A stretch of 64,000 bases of DNA from Lingula anatina (Eukaryota; Animalia; Brachiopoda), in the NCBI GenBank assembly GCA_051362555.1, contig CM120642.1, positions 21,080,001 to 21,144,000 of the forward strand, given 5' to 3'. Below, piece after piece: positions 1 through 11,355 of the stretch (its first letter is position 1; every line of letters starts with the position of its first letter). The position numbers and the translations under genes were made by a program. Below the pieces are notes generated by a model. The model saw only the letters and a list, made by a program, of their open reading frames with translations, was not told where the DNA came from and did no database searches.

Positions 1-9
1 AAAAAAAGG

Positions 10-300
10 GCATCTGCGCATGTGCTGAAATTATTAAAACGATCTTTTCTTCTTCGTGCAGTCAGACACCGTTAAGAGAAGTTACCACTACACAATCATT
101 TAAATGTAACTAAAGTGACTATATCTAAAAGTGTGCAGATACCACATAAGACGTTAAAATCTACAAGTAAAACTAACTGGTCTGAGAGGGCACGTACGTT
201 TTGTCTTATATGACGTCTAGTTGCCTGAGAAGGCATGGCCATAGCCGGTCGCCGGTGCTTAACGGAAGCATGTTTTTCGGAGTGTTGGGTTTGAACTTCC
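10..300 (+). promoter_or_regulatory. Probable EEFSEC proximal promoter region
   Basis: CpG-richer stretch just upstream of the ATG with TGCGCATGTGC (NRF1-like, ~16), TGACGTC (CRE-like, ~211) and CGGAAG (ETS-like, ~263); motif resemblance only. Confidence 0.3.
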
Positions 301-333
301 TCTTAAGTCTAAAATCTGAAATTATATTTTGAG

Positions 334-607
334 ATGCAAGGCACACTGAATTTCAATGTTGGTGTTTTGGGACATATTGATAGTGGGAAAACTAGCTTGA
401 CAAAAGCTTTGAGCACTGTTGCAAGCACAGCCTCGTTCGATAAAAATCCGCAAAGTAGGGAAAGGGGAATCACACTTGATTTAGGATTTTCCTCGTTCAC
501 CGTAGATATACCAGAGCATCTCCGTCAACATGGAAGCTATGACAAACTTCAGTTCACTCTTGTAGACTGTCCTGGACATGCCTCTCTCATCAGAACAATA
601 ATTGGTG
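334..607 (+). CDS. EEFSEC: EEFSEC coding exon 1
   Basis: MQGTLNFNVGVLGHIDSGKT...DCPGHASLIRTIIG; donor gtaagt at 608. Confidence 0.95.
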
Positions 608-3600
608 GTAAGTTTGTGTTTGTTCTTTGCACAACTTAAATGACTTAAAGGACACCGTCCGATCAGTAAATATATAGGTATGTTAAAAAAAAAAAAAAAA
701 TCAAGGCAGCCATATGGAGTATAAAAAAAGGATTTTGATACCAAAACCAAGTCTGTAGCCAAAAAATTGACAAAAATATCCTTCCCCCAGTTTTACACAT
801 AAACCCGTTTAACATTATGAGTTGTGAAATCTGTGGTCATCAAAATTGAAGTGTTACACAAAAATGTTCCCTGTTTTCATAAAAATCATAATTCAGTGAA
901 AATTTCCAGGAGAAACAGACTGAAGCATCTTGGATAGAATTTTTTATTTAAATCTGAAATAGACGGAGAAAATCAATTGATTTAAAAATCAATTAATAAG
1001 CAATTAAACCCAGATGTGCTAATTAAAATAAAATAAATAAAAAGTGCATGGATCTTTCCCCACTTAATGAAACCCAGTAAGTAAAACCCTACAATAAAAA
1101 GTGACTTATTTATTGTTATTGTTGTTGTGATTAACCAATGTTATAATAGTCATTATATATTGGCCATTGTTAATTGTTATTGCTATCATTATTTACCCTA
1201 GCTAATAACCCCTGATCCAAGTGTCGACAGTATGGTTATAAAAATATATCTTCCATTGTTTATTTTAAATGTATTTTTAGTAAAGATGTAACATGTATAT
1301 TTATGTTTTGTGAAATGGGAGGCCTGGGATCAAATTTGCTATTGACCATGAGGACATCAAGGGTATGGTACCTAGACTTTGTGATAGTAGTTGATATCAG
1401 GGCTTTTCATAGGATTGGGGGTACAGGACGTCCAACTTGCCATGAGGGGGTGGGAGGTTAAAAATAAAATTATAAAATGTACAAAAATACATTTCAAAAG
1501 GGAGGGGGTTAAAATAATGTTTACTGTGTACCAGAGCCACACTGTGTCTTAGGAAGTGTTGCCTTAATCTTTGCACAGAAATAAGATTACTTTGTTAGCT
1601 TTATATATGTAACTCAAATGAAGTACTTCAACCCACCTTGCACTGAGGATATAATGTATAATTGGTACAAGTTCTATTGTAGGTGCTCAGATCATAGACC
1701 TGATGATGTTGGTGGTAGATGTGACCAAGGGAATTCAAACACAGACTGCAGAATGCCTTCTATTGGGAGAAATCACCTGTGAGAAGATGGTAGTCGTATT
1801 AAATAAGATTGACTTACTCCCTGAAGACAAGAGGCAAAGTGCAATTGAAAAGGTACAGCTATAGTCTTTTTTTATACCATGGCTGGTGCTTCAAACACAT
1901 TAGATAATAACCTTGCGCGCGTTATACGTCACAGGTCTTGCGTAACTACCCACGTGCTACGATTTTTCCCTTGGGGGGGCAGCAAGCGGCCATTTTGTAC
2001 AGGAGCAATGTATAGATGGGTGAAAACGATACGTTGTTTTTAACCAAAAACGATGTCCCCGGGGCGAAACTGCCAACACCAAAAGTAAAGGAGCATACCA
2101 ACGTTGTTTTGAAACGATGTGGTTAGTCTGTCAGTGACGAGTTAGGGAGAAAAGAGCAGCACTGATAGCAAGGTACTGTATACACGTGAACCGGCAAAGT
2201 TTATGATGATTTCATGTTGCAAAAGCATAATTAAATCAGTTAGTTATTTTCCAAACGATATTATTTGAATAGCAGATACGTAAATCAAACTAACAACAAT
2301 AAACATTTTTGATGACATTGAAAATCAAAACCTGCGGAGCACGATAGGTTGGGGAGGACACTGCCACAGCAAGTAATGCATGAATTTTGTTACACAACAC
2401 CATATGCTTGTGTCATTGTTAACTCTGTGGTATTATTACTCAATTTACTGCTCAAATTAATACCTGATACTATTTCTCAGGCTACCAAGTACAAATCAAC
2501 TTATTTTGTGGCAATTGACCTCCATGTTCCATCTTGTGTGCAGGTTGTTTATTATTATTATTATTATTTGTTCAAGCACATTTTAATAAAGTGTCTATGC
2601 TTTAACAAGAGAAATTTATGCTGAAGTTTAAAAGATTAAATCATCAGTAGTATGTACAATTAAAGCTATTAATTTGATTATGCATATTTGATTTTCAATT
2701 ATCTTGATTATGATATGAGGTTTCTGCATTTTTCTCTTGCCCTCGAATCAATATCTAACAAGTAAATTGATGGTGCTTTATTACAATTTTTGCTTTATAC
2801 ATGTACTTTCAGATGTAAAAACTGTGTAGCAGTTGGTAAAGCTGTAGAGATTGATGTGAGCATAGATCAGGGGAAATGGTATTAGAGAAACTAGGAGGAC
2901 AAGACATAGATAATGTACTAGTAGATCCATCATCACAGCAAGGATAGATGGTGTGATCTTGTCCCTGAAGCTATGCCACAAGTTTTCAAACTGGTGGAGT
3001 CCTTACTAAGACAAGCTGCTGCGGTGTGAATCGCAATATGTACATTCAGGTTATACGTGGCAGATTTATGACAAAAGAGACCTTCACAATATACTTCAAA
3101 GAAGTCATTCTTGCATCTATGCCTCATCAAAAGTACACAGTTACAGTGACTAGAACATTGTCTGCAAATAGTGAGGCAGTGAAGGCTGCAAGGTGCCATT
3201 GTTTTTCAGTATTAAGAATGACAGTATCTGTTATTTATTTATTTATTTTTATTTCTCATTTATAATGGGAGGGAGACTCACTTTGTTCTTTCTATGCCCA
3301 TTCAGTTAAGGGTTGATGGCAATATATGGTAAATCTGTCATGCCTGTATGTAGAATTTCTCTGGCTCAAATTTCTACATTTATTGGGTGCATTATGAAGT
3401 TTTCTGACTGATTAATGAGGTTACTTGTAGAAATATCTTGCTTACACACATTTTGTGATATTTTTACTACTTTATACATATGATTATTCACATCTCATCA
3501 GTGGTGTTTGAAAGGTACTTGGTATTTGCATTTTAGAACTGTAGATCTGTGTACCAGCAGGGTTATATTTCATATATCTGCGAATGTTTCTTAAAATAAG

Positions 3601-6600
3601 CTTCATGTTTGATAATTAATTGGTTTGAAATAAATAAATAAATAACCCAAATAAAATCAATTCATTTTATATTTCACATAATTTGTTTTTATTATTCTTC
3701 TAAGCATTTAATCATAACATCTCCCATCATTATACTGTTATTGAAAGTTTCCAAGTTTTTATTAACAGGTTGAAAGTTTCCAAGTTTTTATTAACAGGTT
3801 GATGCTAACGTATTACAAATGAATGTAAGCATAAAAGCATATTTCCTTACTCAAATGTATCAAACGTACCACTGGCATAATACCGGTAAAGATACAGGTA
3901 AAGATGACAGCATTGATAACTGGGTTTACAGCGCTGTTAGTGCAGCTTGGTTAGTGTCAGATTGTTATCTGATAAAGTTTGCTACTAGAACCTGAGAACA
4001 AAAGGTCTGGCACTTGACAATCAAGTTGATAAAATCACAAAACACCTGTAGAAAATAAAGTATACCCTGTACCTGCCCAACATTGATTTGTTCAGATTCT
4101 TGACTAAGGGGTGCGTTACAGGTGTCAAGGGCCAAGACTTGAACTTAGGGGTTTGGCATGTCACTAGGCATTACCCCCGATTTCTGTCCAAATCTAATAA
4201 AGCCTCAGTTGCTTAACTTTCTCCAAATTTCCAATATCTACCGGTTGTGTTGTTTAATGCTTGGGGTCTCTTCTCTGGCGGCGGTTAATTGGGGACACCT
4301 GTGCGGCCTGTCAACGCACCTAGATTCACTTTTGCCGGTGCCACATTTTCAATTGCCGTAAATATCAAATTCATGAATAGAATAAGGAAAAATGACAGTT
4401 ATGAAAAAATGTTTGGAAGTACCTGTCACCTTCACCACAGTAACCATATGGGCTGTGATGCCCCCCCACCACAGGCGACACCTTGCGGAGCAAGCGTGCG
4501 TAATCCAGGGTGCAACTGAAAATAACCTTGACGCGCGACCTTATTGCACTTGTATTTGGTATACAGGCTTGCCTGTATTTTCATATATTTCAGTGTGTTC
4601 ATCTTATTGTTCAAAGTGCCAGCCATAGTATAAATCAGTTACAACTACTTGTTATCCACTTTATGTGACATAAAAGAGAAAATTATATCTTGGTTGCACT
4701 TCTTGTATGTTGCATACAGTGGAAAACTCCTGTATAAAGGTCCAGTGTCCAAATTTTTTAAAGTTCACCTTCTTTCATTCAGTTGCAAGACCAGATATAA
4801 TACAAAAAATAGAATTTTTATGAAATGCTAAACAAGAAGTTTGAGTATAACAGTAACAGAAAGATTCCTTACATATGAAGATAATGTTAACTAAATTAAG
4901 AAAAAAAAATAATTATTTTAATTAGAATGATATTTATTTATTACATGACTATATTTAATAGATGTCTAAGAAGTTCCAAAAAACCCTAGAAGCCACAAGA
5001 TTCCATGATGCCCCTATCATCCCTGTAGCAGCCAAACCAGGAGGCCCAGAGGCCCAGGGGAAAGAGGCAGAGGGGATGGTCAAGCTCATTGACATCCTGA
5101 AAGCCTGCACATATAAGCCACAAAGAGTAGAGACTGGTCCTTTCATTTTTGCTGTGGATCATTGTTTCTCTATAAGAGGTCAGGGGACAGTGATGACAGG
5201 GACTGTGTTGTCTGGGAGAGTTGTGGTCAATGATGTAAGTACTGGAAGACCTTGTGCATGCTGTAGCCAAGTGGCAATTATCTGGACAGTATCAAGAGAT
5301 GAACCAGTTAAATCTTCATTAATTTTACACATTGATCAGATGCTTAGAAAGCAATTAGGTTGATCTATGCAGGTTCTTTTCTAATTGACTGTTGAGAATG
5401 AGTTAATGTGCACTAGCTAGTAAACTCAAAGGAGACTCTCTCTGTGCCATGGCATTAAGTGTAGCTATTTTTTAATTTTTTTTTTAATCAGAGCATAACC
5501 TAATTTTGACTCTTTTTCTATCATCTAATTAATAATTAATTAATAATAATGAGACTTGTTTGCCGTGACAGAGGTCTTGTACTCTATGAGTGCTTTTCTT
5601 TTCTTTTTTTCTTAATTTCCTTGGCATCAAATTCAGCCAAAGATATATAGTAACTAATGACTAGACTGGTCTATAGCTCTATTACTGTCAAAGTGGCACT
5701 GACTACATAGTCCACCATTGCTGGTTTAAAGTACTGTCAGGCTGAAGACAATACTGGCAACTGCACTAACTTGCACTGAGTGCTCTTCTTACTCCAGCTC
5801 TTCTGACTGGATCATATTTATAGCTTGCAAGGTCATCGCATGGTTCAAGTACACTCTTCAGAAAGTTAGAGGTTGCATGCTCCCATAGAGCCATTTGGCA
5901 TTTCTTTAATTTATATAATAATGTAATTTAAACTATGTGGTGAATATAGACTTGCCCTTCAAGAAATCGACGGAAAATAGCTCTTTTTCAATTTTGAATG
6001 GGCACTGTAGAAAACATATAACAGCTAAAGCTCTCAAATTAAGCACAAAGGTGTGATATCATGTGAAGAATAAGTTCTGTAAATTTCAATCCAAGCAGTT
6101 GAGTACATTTTGAGACAGAACGCTTTAAATGTGCAGCAAACCGTAACGCTAATCCCTTCAAGATCTCGACGAAAACCGGAAGTGCGTCATGACGTCACTC
6201 GCTTCTACTTGGAAAGCTTCTGGGTGATTTTCCGATGAGAAATATTTTGTGGCTCATACAAATGTTCGGAAAATGACCATGCAGATAAAAGAAAATTCAC
6301 TAATCAAAATTGAAACTGCGTAATTACATAGAAAAACATTGTGCATTCCTGACCTCGACTTGTCAGTGTAAACAAAGTGTACTGAACGCAGCGCAAGCAA
6401 GCACGTGAATGCCGCGTTTGATACTTTGTATCAGACGCTTCGTTTTACTTGACAACAGTGTTTACGATGGGCATGACAGGAAAAACAGTGCAAAAAACAC
6501 GCACTTCCGGTTTTCGTCGATTTCTTGAAGGCGTCGATTTCTTGAAGGGCGAGTCTAGGTAGCCTAAGGGTTAAGTGACAATTATTTGACATGTCAGTTC

Positions 6601-9600
6601 ACTTCAGATGCACCTTTATAAAGATGTTTAAATGTCTTGACTGTGGTTTTACATCTTGTCTTAATATTTTTATGTTAATGTTTTAACATTGTAAAGTAAA
6701 CTTAATTTAAAGGATTTTAATAATGTCGTTGTTATTATTATTATTATTGTTGTTGCTTTTATATGGAAAATGAAAAGCTATCAAATGTGATGTAGACACT
6801 GTATTAAATATAAAGAGTACAATGTACTATAGTCAGTTGGATTACCTGCAGAACTTTTTTTTCCGGTAACCAACAATATTTTTTACTTACTCAAGACATA
6901 TGTCTCCAATACTTAGTTAAGATTCTTTTAAGATTCTTTGAACTGAAGTAATAATTGCATAATTTTGATTGTTTGTAGACAGTAGAGATTCCAAGCATGA
7001 AAATGACGAAGAAGGTCAAAGCCATGCAGATGTTCAGGCAGCCAGTGGAGAAAGCAATACAGGTGAACTATCAGTTTGTTTAATTTGGACATGCTTATCC
7101 TTGCTTTTAATCACATATATCATTGGAAAATGGAGGTTATGCTTTCACCTCTGTTTGCTACTTGCACAAAAAAAAAAAAAAATTGTAAATCGATTGCTCT
7201 GCCTGTTTGTTTGTTTGAGGTAAGATAACATAACAATTTGCACTGCTGTTATATACCAGTGTGATATTGATGTAAAAAGAAACCTGACAATTTAAATAAA
7301 AAGAAGGGCAAATTGAAAAAAAAATTAAATTTACATATAATAATAATAATAATTAAATACATGAAACCTACCAAAGAAGTTGATTTTTAATATGAAGATT
7401 GTTGTGAAAACAAGTTAATATTGGTAATATTTACATAAGTATTTTGAATAATGAACATTCTTAAATTAGTTTTATTGGAATTTTTATTAATATTTGAATA
7501 AAATAATAATTTAAATATTGAATATTATTTAATTACTTTTATAAATTTACCTCCCCCCACTTTTGAACAAAGTGTTTTTTCATTGACTTGATTTGAATAC
7601 CTTTGTATAGCTGATGATGATGATGTCATAATGCTATGATGACATGTACTTATTCCAGGGAGACAGAGTTGGTATCTGTGTCACCCAGTTTGATCCTAAA
7701 TTACTAGAGCGGGGTCTTGTTTCCTCTGTGGGTGTTCTGCCCACCATCACTGCTGCCATCATATCTGTTCAAAAGATTAAATACTTCAAGGGACCAGTGG
7801 CTACAAAATCCAAGTTCCACATTACAATGGGCCATGAAACTGTCATGGGGAAAGTGAGCTTCTTTGGACAAAAGAGAGATGGAGTTGAAGATACATCTGG
7901 TGCTGAAAATAATTTCAATTTGGGAGAAGAGTATATTTATCAAGAGGAGTTACACAGTGGGAAAAGTGCAAATGAAAGTAAGAATGATAACAGTGAAGTC
8001 GATGAAAATAAACCAGTGAGACAATATGCACTGATTATGTTGGAGAAACCAGTTACATGTGCACCGCATTGCCTTGTTATTGGTTCAAAACTGGACACAG
8101 ATATCCATGCTAATGTCTGCCGTCTTTCATTCCATGGCCACTTGCTTCTTCCAGTTACAGACCCAAAGTATCCAGAGACCTTACTTCCCAATTTAAAAGT
8201 ATATAAGATAAAGCAAAAGGAAGGCTTGGTGGAGAGGATAGCTGATGACTATTCTGTAATTGGGAAAGCTTTATTTAAAAAGGAGAGCAACATTCAGTTG
8301 TTTATAGGATTGAAAGTGAAACTGTCAACAGGAGAAGATGGTGTCATTGAAGGAGGGTTTGGTCAAAGTGGAAAATTCAAAGTAAGGATTCCAAGTAAGT
8401 ATTGTGAAAAAAAAAAAAAAGAACTGGCAAGTATTCCTTTTTATGTGTACCTTATTTTTTCAAACTGATGAATATTAAGAAAATGCAGGCAGAGTTTGAA
8501 AATCAGCTTGATCAGACCATTATTCCAACAGTAATGTTTTTTTTTCAGCATATATTATATATAATACAACTAACAATTGATCAATATTAATAATATACAG
8601 CCCCCGGTTTCACAAAGGAACTCAAGTCCGATTTTCTGTCTAAGAACTTGATTACCAACATTACACCTAAGTGACCTTACCCTATCAGGAACAGTGTTAC
8701 AGCACTCTCGTGGAAATCCTCGTCAACTAAGCCAGGGCACTGACTTAAGTTTTTTTCTGAAACTTGGGCCAGGTGTTCGAAAACCAGCCTGGACGGATTA
8801 TTTTCTTAAAGTAATACATTTTTTTTTTTTTTTTTTTTTTTTTGTGAATTGGAATTTTCAAGGTGTGGCATGTAGGCCCAAAGACCTTTGCCAGTCATTT
8901 TTAAAAAAATATCTATGTTACCTACAGTGCATAAATTAAAATTGGGGGTGATTTTGCTAGTAGGCAATGTTATGTAATATCACATCAAAATTGATGAAAA
9001 TCCTTATGCCAGGAACATATTCCTAAAATCCATTTTACCTGTTGTGCATAATAAAAATTTGGTGTTGACTGTGCTGTTAAGCAAAATGTATTATTGCTTC
9101 AAAATCGACAAAATAGTCTATGTTGTGCATCATTATCTTGTTTTTATGTTTGTACATTTGACAACTTTGCCACATTGTTTGAAATTCTGATAAAAAGTTT
9201 TTTTCAAAAAAAGAAGCTGTTTATTTTGACATAGATTTAGTGTACAGAAAAAGCATGGATTATCTGTCTGTTGTTTGAATATGTTGTGTGCAAATTTTGG
9301 GCAGGATTTTTATATGTTAGAGATTTTTATTGAAAATTTTTGTACTCACATTGTATGCAAGTGTATATCTCTAGGCCTCTTGGTAATTTGGCATGCGTCT
9401 ACACCTTAATCTGCCACTGTTTATTAATCATTACTTAGGCAGTCATTTTGATTTGTTTCAGATGGTCTGCTTCAAGGTACGAAACAAAAATTGTCTGCAA
9501 GTAGTAAAAAGAAAGGAAAGGCTGCTGCAGAAGAAACAAGTCAGGAATCAGATGGTGGAAAAGAACCAGTAAAAATTTACCTTATATTCAAGCGTTATAT

Positions 9601-9637
9601 ATATGACCCAAAAAAGGAAATGATTCAAATTGATTGA
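334..9637 (+). CDS. EEFSEC: Selenocysteine-specific elongation factor eEFSec, complete 6-exon gene (join 334-607,1683-1852,4962-5234,6979-7062,7659-8394,9462-9637; 570 aa)
   Basis: Translational GTPase motifs GHIDSGKT, RGITLDLGFS, DCPGH, NKID; DHCFSIRGQGTVMTGT in domain II; CRLSFHG; FGQSGKFKV and C-terminal KRYIY typical of eEFSec. All introns GT-AG and phases join into one ORF. Confidence 0.96.
1683..1852 (+). CDS. EEFSEC: EEFSEC coding exon 2
   Basis: (G)AQIIDLMMLVVDVTKGIQTQTAECLLLGEITCEKMVVVLNKIDLLPEDKRQSAIEK; tag/gtacag boundaries; not in ORF track. Confidence 0.95.
3741..3802. repeat. 29-bp tandem duplication
   Basis: TTGAAAGTTTCCAAGTTTTTATTAACAGG x2. Confidence 0.9.
4108..4322. mobile_element. 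Possible degenerate MITE
   Basis: Imperfect terminal inverted repeats GGTGCGTT-ACAGG / CCTGTCAACGCACC bounding a GC-richer patch. Confidence 0.3.
4962..5234 (+). CDS. EEFSEC: EEFSEC coding exon 3
   Basis: MSKKFQKTLEATRF...DHCFSIRGQGTVMTGTVLSGRVVVND; tag/gtaagt. Confidence 0.95.
5947..6557. mobile_element. Non-autonomous DNA transposon (MITE), ~610 bp
   Basis: 26-bp TIR TAGACTYGCCCTTCAAGAAATCGACG (1 mismatch; terminal TA may be the TSD); internal inverted copies at ~6155-6187 and ~6499-6530. Confidence 0.85.
6979..7062 (+). CDS. EEFSEC: EEFSEC coding exon 4
   Basis: TVEIPSMKMTKKVKAMQMFRQPVEKAIQ; tag/gtgaac. Confidence 0.93.
7659..8394 (+). CDS. EEFSEC: EEFSEC coding exon 5
   Basis: GDRVGICVTQFDPKLLERG...GGFGQSGKFKVRIP; cag/gtaagt. 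Confidence 0.95.
8600..8772. mobile_element. Degenerate MITE (PIF/Harbinger-like termini)
   Basis: Imperfect TIRs CCCGGTTTCACAAAGGAACTCAAGTC / GACTTAAGTTTTTTTCTGAAACTTGGGCC. Confidence 0.5.
8840..9180 (+). mobile_element. Degenerate 3' fragment of HINE family A in EEFSEC intron 5
   Basis: Ends TGTTTGTACATTTGACAACTTTGCCACATTGTT, a diverged match to the family A 3' end TGTCTGTACATTTGACAGCTTTGCTGCCTTGTT; upstream modules also match. Confidence 0.7.
9462..9637 (+). CDS. EEFSEC: EEFSEC coding exon 6 (terminal)
   Basis: (N)GLLQGTKQKLSASSKKKGK...IYLIFKRYIYDPKKEMIQID*; cag acceptor, TGA stop. Confidence 0.92.
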
Positions 9638-11175
9638 TGGGTGTTTTTGCATTCAGGCATTCTAAGGAGGAATGACCTCTGCATCTTTCTGTTGCAAGCC
9701 ATGAATTCAAACTTTACAATATGAAAAAAAGTTTATTATCAGTATTTGTAATCAGCTTTGGTAAGAAATGCAGATAATGAAAGAGAATTCTTTAGTATAA
9801 TATTTGAAAAGAAAAGAAAAACAAATTGCATTATGGTAGATGGGATGGAAGATGTAGAAATTGGAATGTGTTCAGACATACTGTATTTTTTACTAGTCAA
9901 ATGGATAAATTTCCTTTTTTTTTCATCTTAAATCACATGCTTCAGATAAGATAGGCTTAAATGATTCAAGATGTGAAGTCTGTGCTGATTTTGAATCCAG
10001 GTTTAATGACTGCAATTTTATGAAGATTCGTCATAAATTTCATTTTTTTCCATTTAAATAGTGTTGAAGTGAAATTCTGTAATCCCCACAATGTAGTCCC
10101 TCATGTGTCCCCTATTACAGTTTAAAGAATTAATGGCATTAGCTTTTGAGTGAACTATGTGTATGCCTTACTAATGGGTTCAGTGTACTTTTAGAAAATT
10201 CAGACTACCAAATTTTATTTATTCAACTTTTAAAAGAATGTGAAAATTAATCTTGGATGTCAAAAGTAGGAGGATTTTGAATGTAGTCTATGAGAGACAC
10301 TTTTTCTGTCAAACTTAAATTGGCTGACAGCAACTAGAATCTCATGTAAACCCCAACCATTGAAGTAAGTGATGACACTATATTTGGAAAAACAACTAAT
10401 AAGTCTTTAAATTGAAAATATACAATCAAATGTCTTACAGGTAGTTTTTGGCCACATCTTGTGAAATAAGTGAGCCTATTCAACAGTTGTGCAAATTTGT
10501 AAAAATGTGCTGTTCTTTTAACTACATGTTTATGTATTTATATACATGTGCAGGTAAGTTTCTTTTAAGACTTCTATGTGTGTATACATACAAATATTTA
10601 AAAAACATGTTTTTAATCAAGATTTTTTTATTTCCTTCTCACTTTTTTTTTTCATTTGAAAAGCTCTGAAATTTGATATTAACACTGCATTACATATATA
10701 CTGGTAGAGTAATCAGTTGGATTACTTCCAGAACTATCGGACTATATTTATTCAACTTCGAAATATGAAAATTAAATTCAGATATTAAACCCTGGGGAGA
10801 ATGGTTTAGCTATAAGTAGAGAAATGCATAATTGATAATGACATAAACAGTGACTGTACATACATTCAGAATTAAAGTAATGTTTGCTAGGGAATGTCCA
10901 ATCCTCGTATCTCTGCTTGCTGTTTCTACAACCAATTGTCTATGATATAATGAATGACTTTCTTAATTGTGACAATTGGAAACATTTTAACATATTCTAA
11001 AAGTAATTTCCAGCTGAGCTACATATCTGGCTGATATCATGTTTAAAAGGTACAATATTTCACTTCTGGTAAATAAACATCTTGTGATTTACATGAATCG
11101 CCTTCATCCCAGTTCATTACTGTCTCATCAAATTAAAGTGACTTCATTATCACCTTAGGAAGTCTGAAAAGATTT

Positions 11176-11355
11176 CTATCTTAATATATGCTTTATAAAA
11201 TCTGAAACCAGTTTGTAAAATGGGAACTCTTGAGTCATAACAATTGCAGCATAAGAGCTTGTCTTGCCGACCTGTGGACTAGCCATAGTGCTGCCTCCTG
11301 GTGACTGAGGTGCCCCTCTGCGGAGGTAACGCTGAAGTCCCTGCAGAAAAGAATT
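11176..11355 (-). CDS. NUP188: NUP188 terminal coding exon
   Basis: NSFLQGLQRYLRRGAPQSPGG...QEFPFYKLVSDFIKHILR*. Confidence 0.92.
   Translation of the reverse strand, partial: NSFLQGLQRYLRRGAPQSPGGSTMASPQVGKTSSYAAIVMTQEFPFYKLVSDFIKHILR

Noticed and set aside
645-670. TTAAAGGACACCGTCCGATCAG as the left end of a Kolobok-like element
   Set aside because: No matching right TIR found by eye.
1900-2360. CpG-rich patch in EEFSEC intron 2 (shares ATAACCTTG.CGCGCG with ~4523)
   Set aside because: Probably a repeat fragment, but no termini, ORF or RNA structure could be supported.
8395-8468. ORF-track extension of EEFSEC exon 5 (KYCEKKKK...)
   Set aside because: Read-through into the intron past a gtaagt donor; the conserved KRY terminus is in exon 6.
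9700-9745. SECIS candidate ATGAATTCAAACTTT...AAAGTTT
   Set aside because: Short A/T stem and no 3' GA for the non-Watson-Crick quartet.
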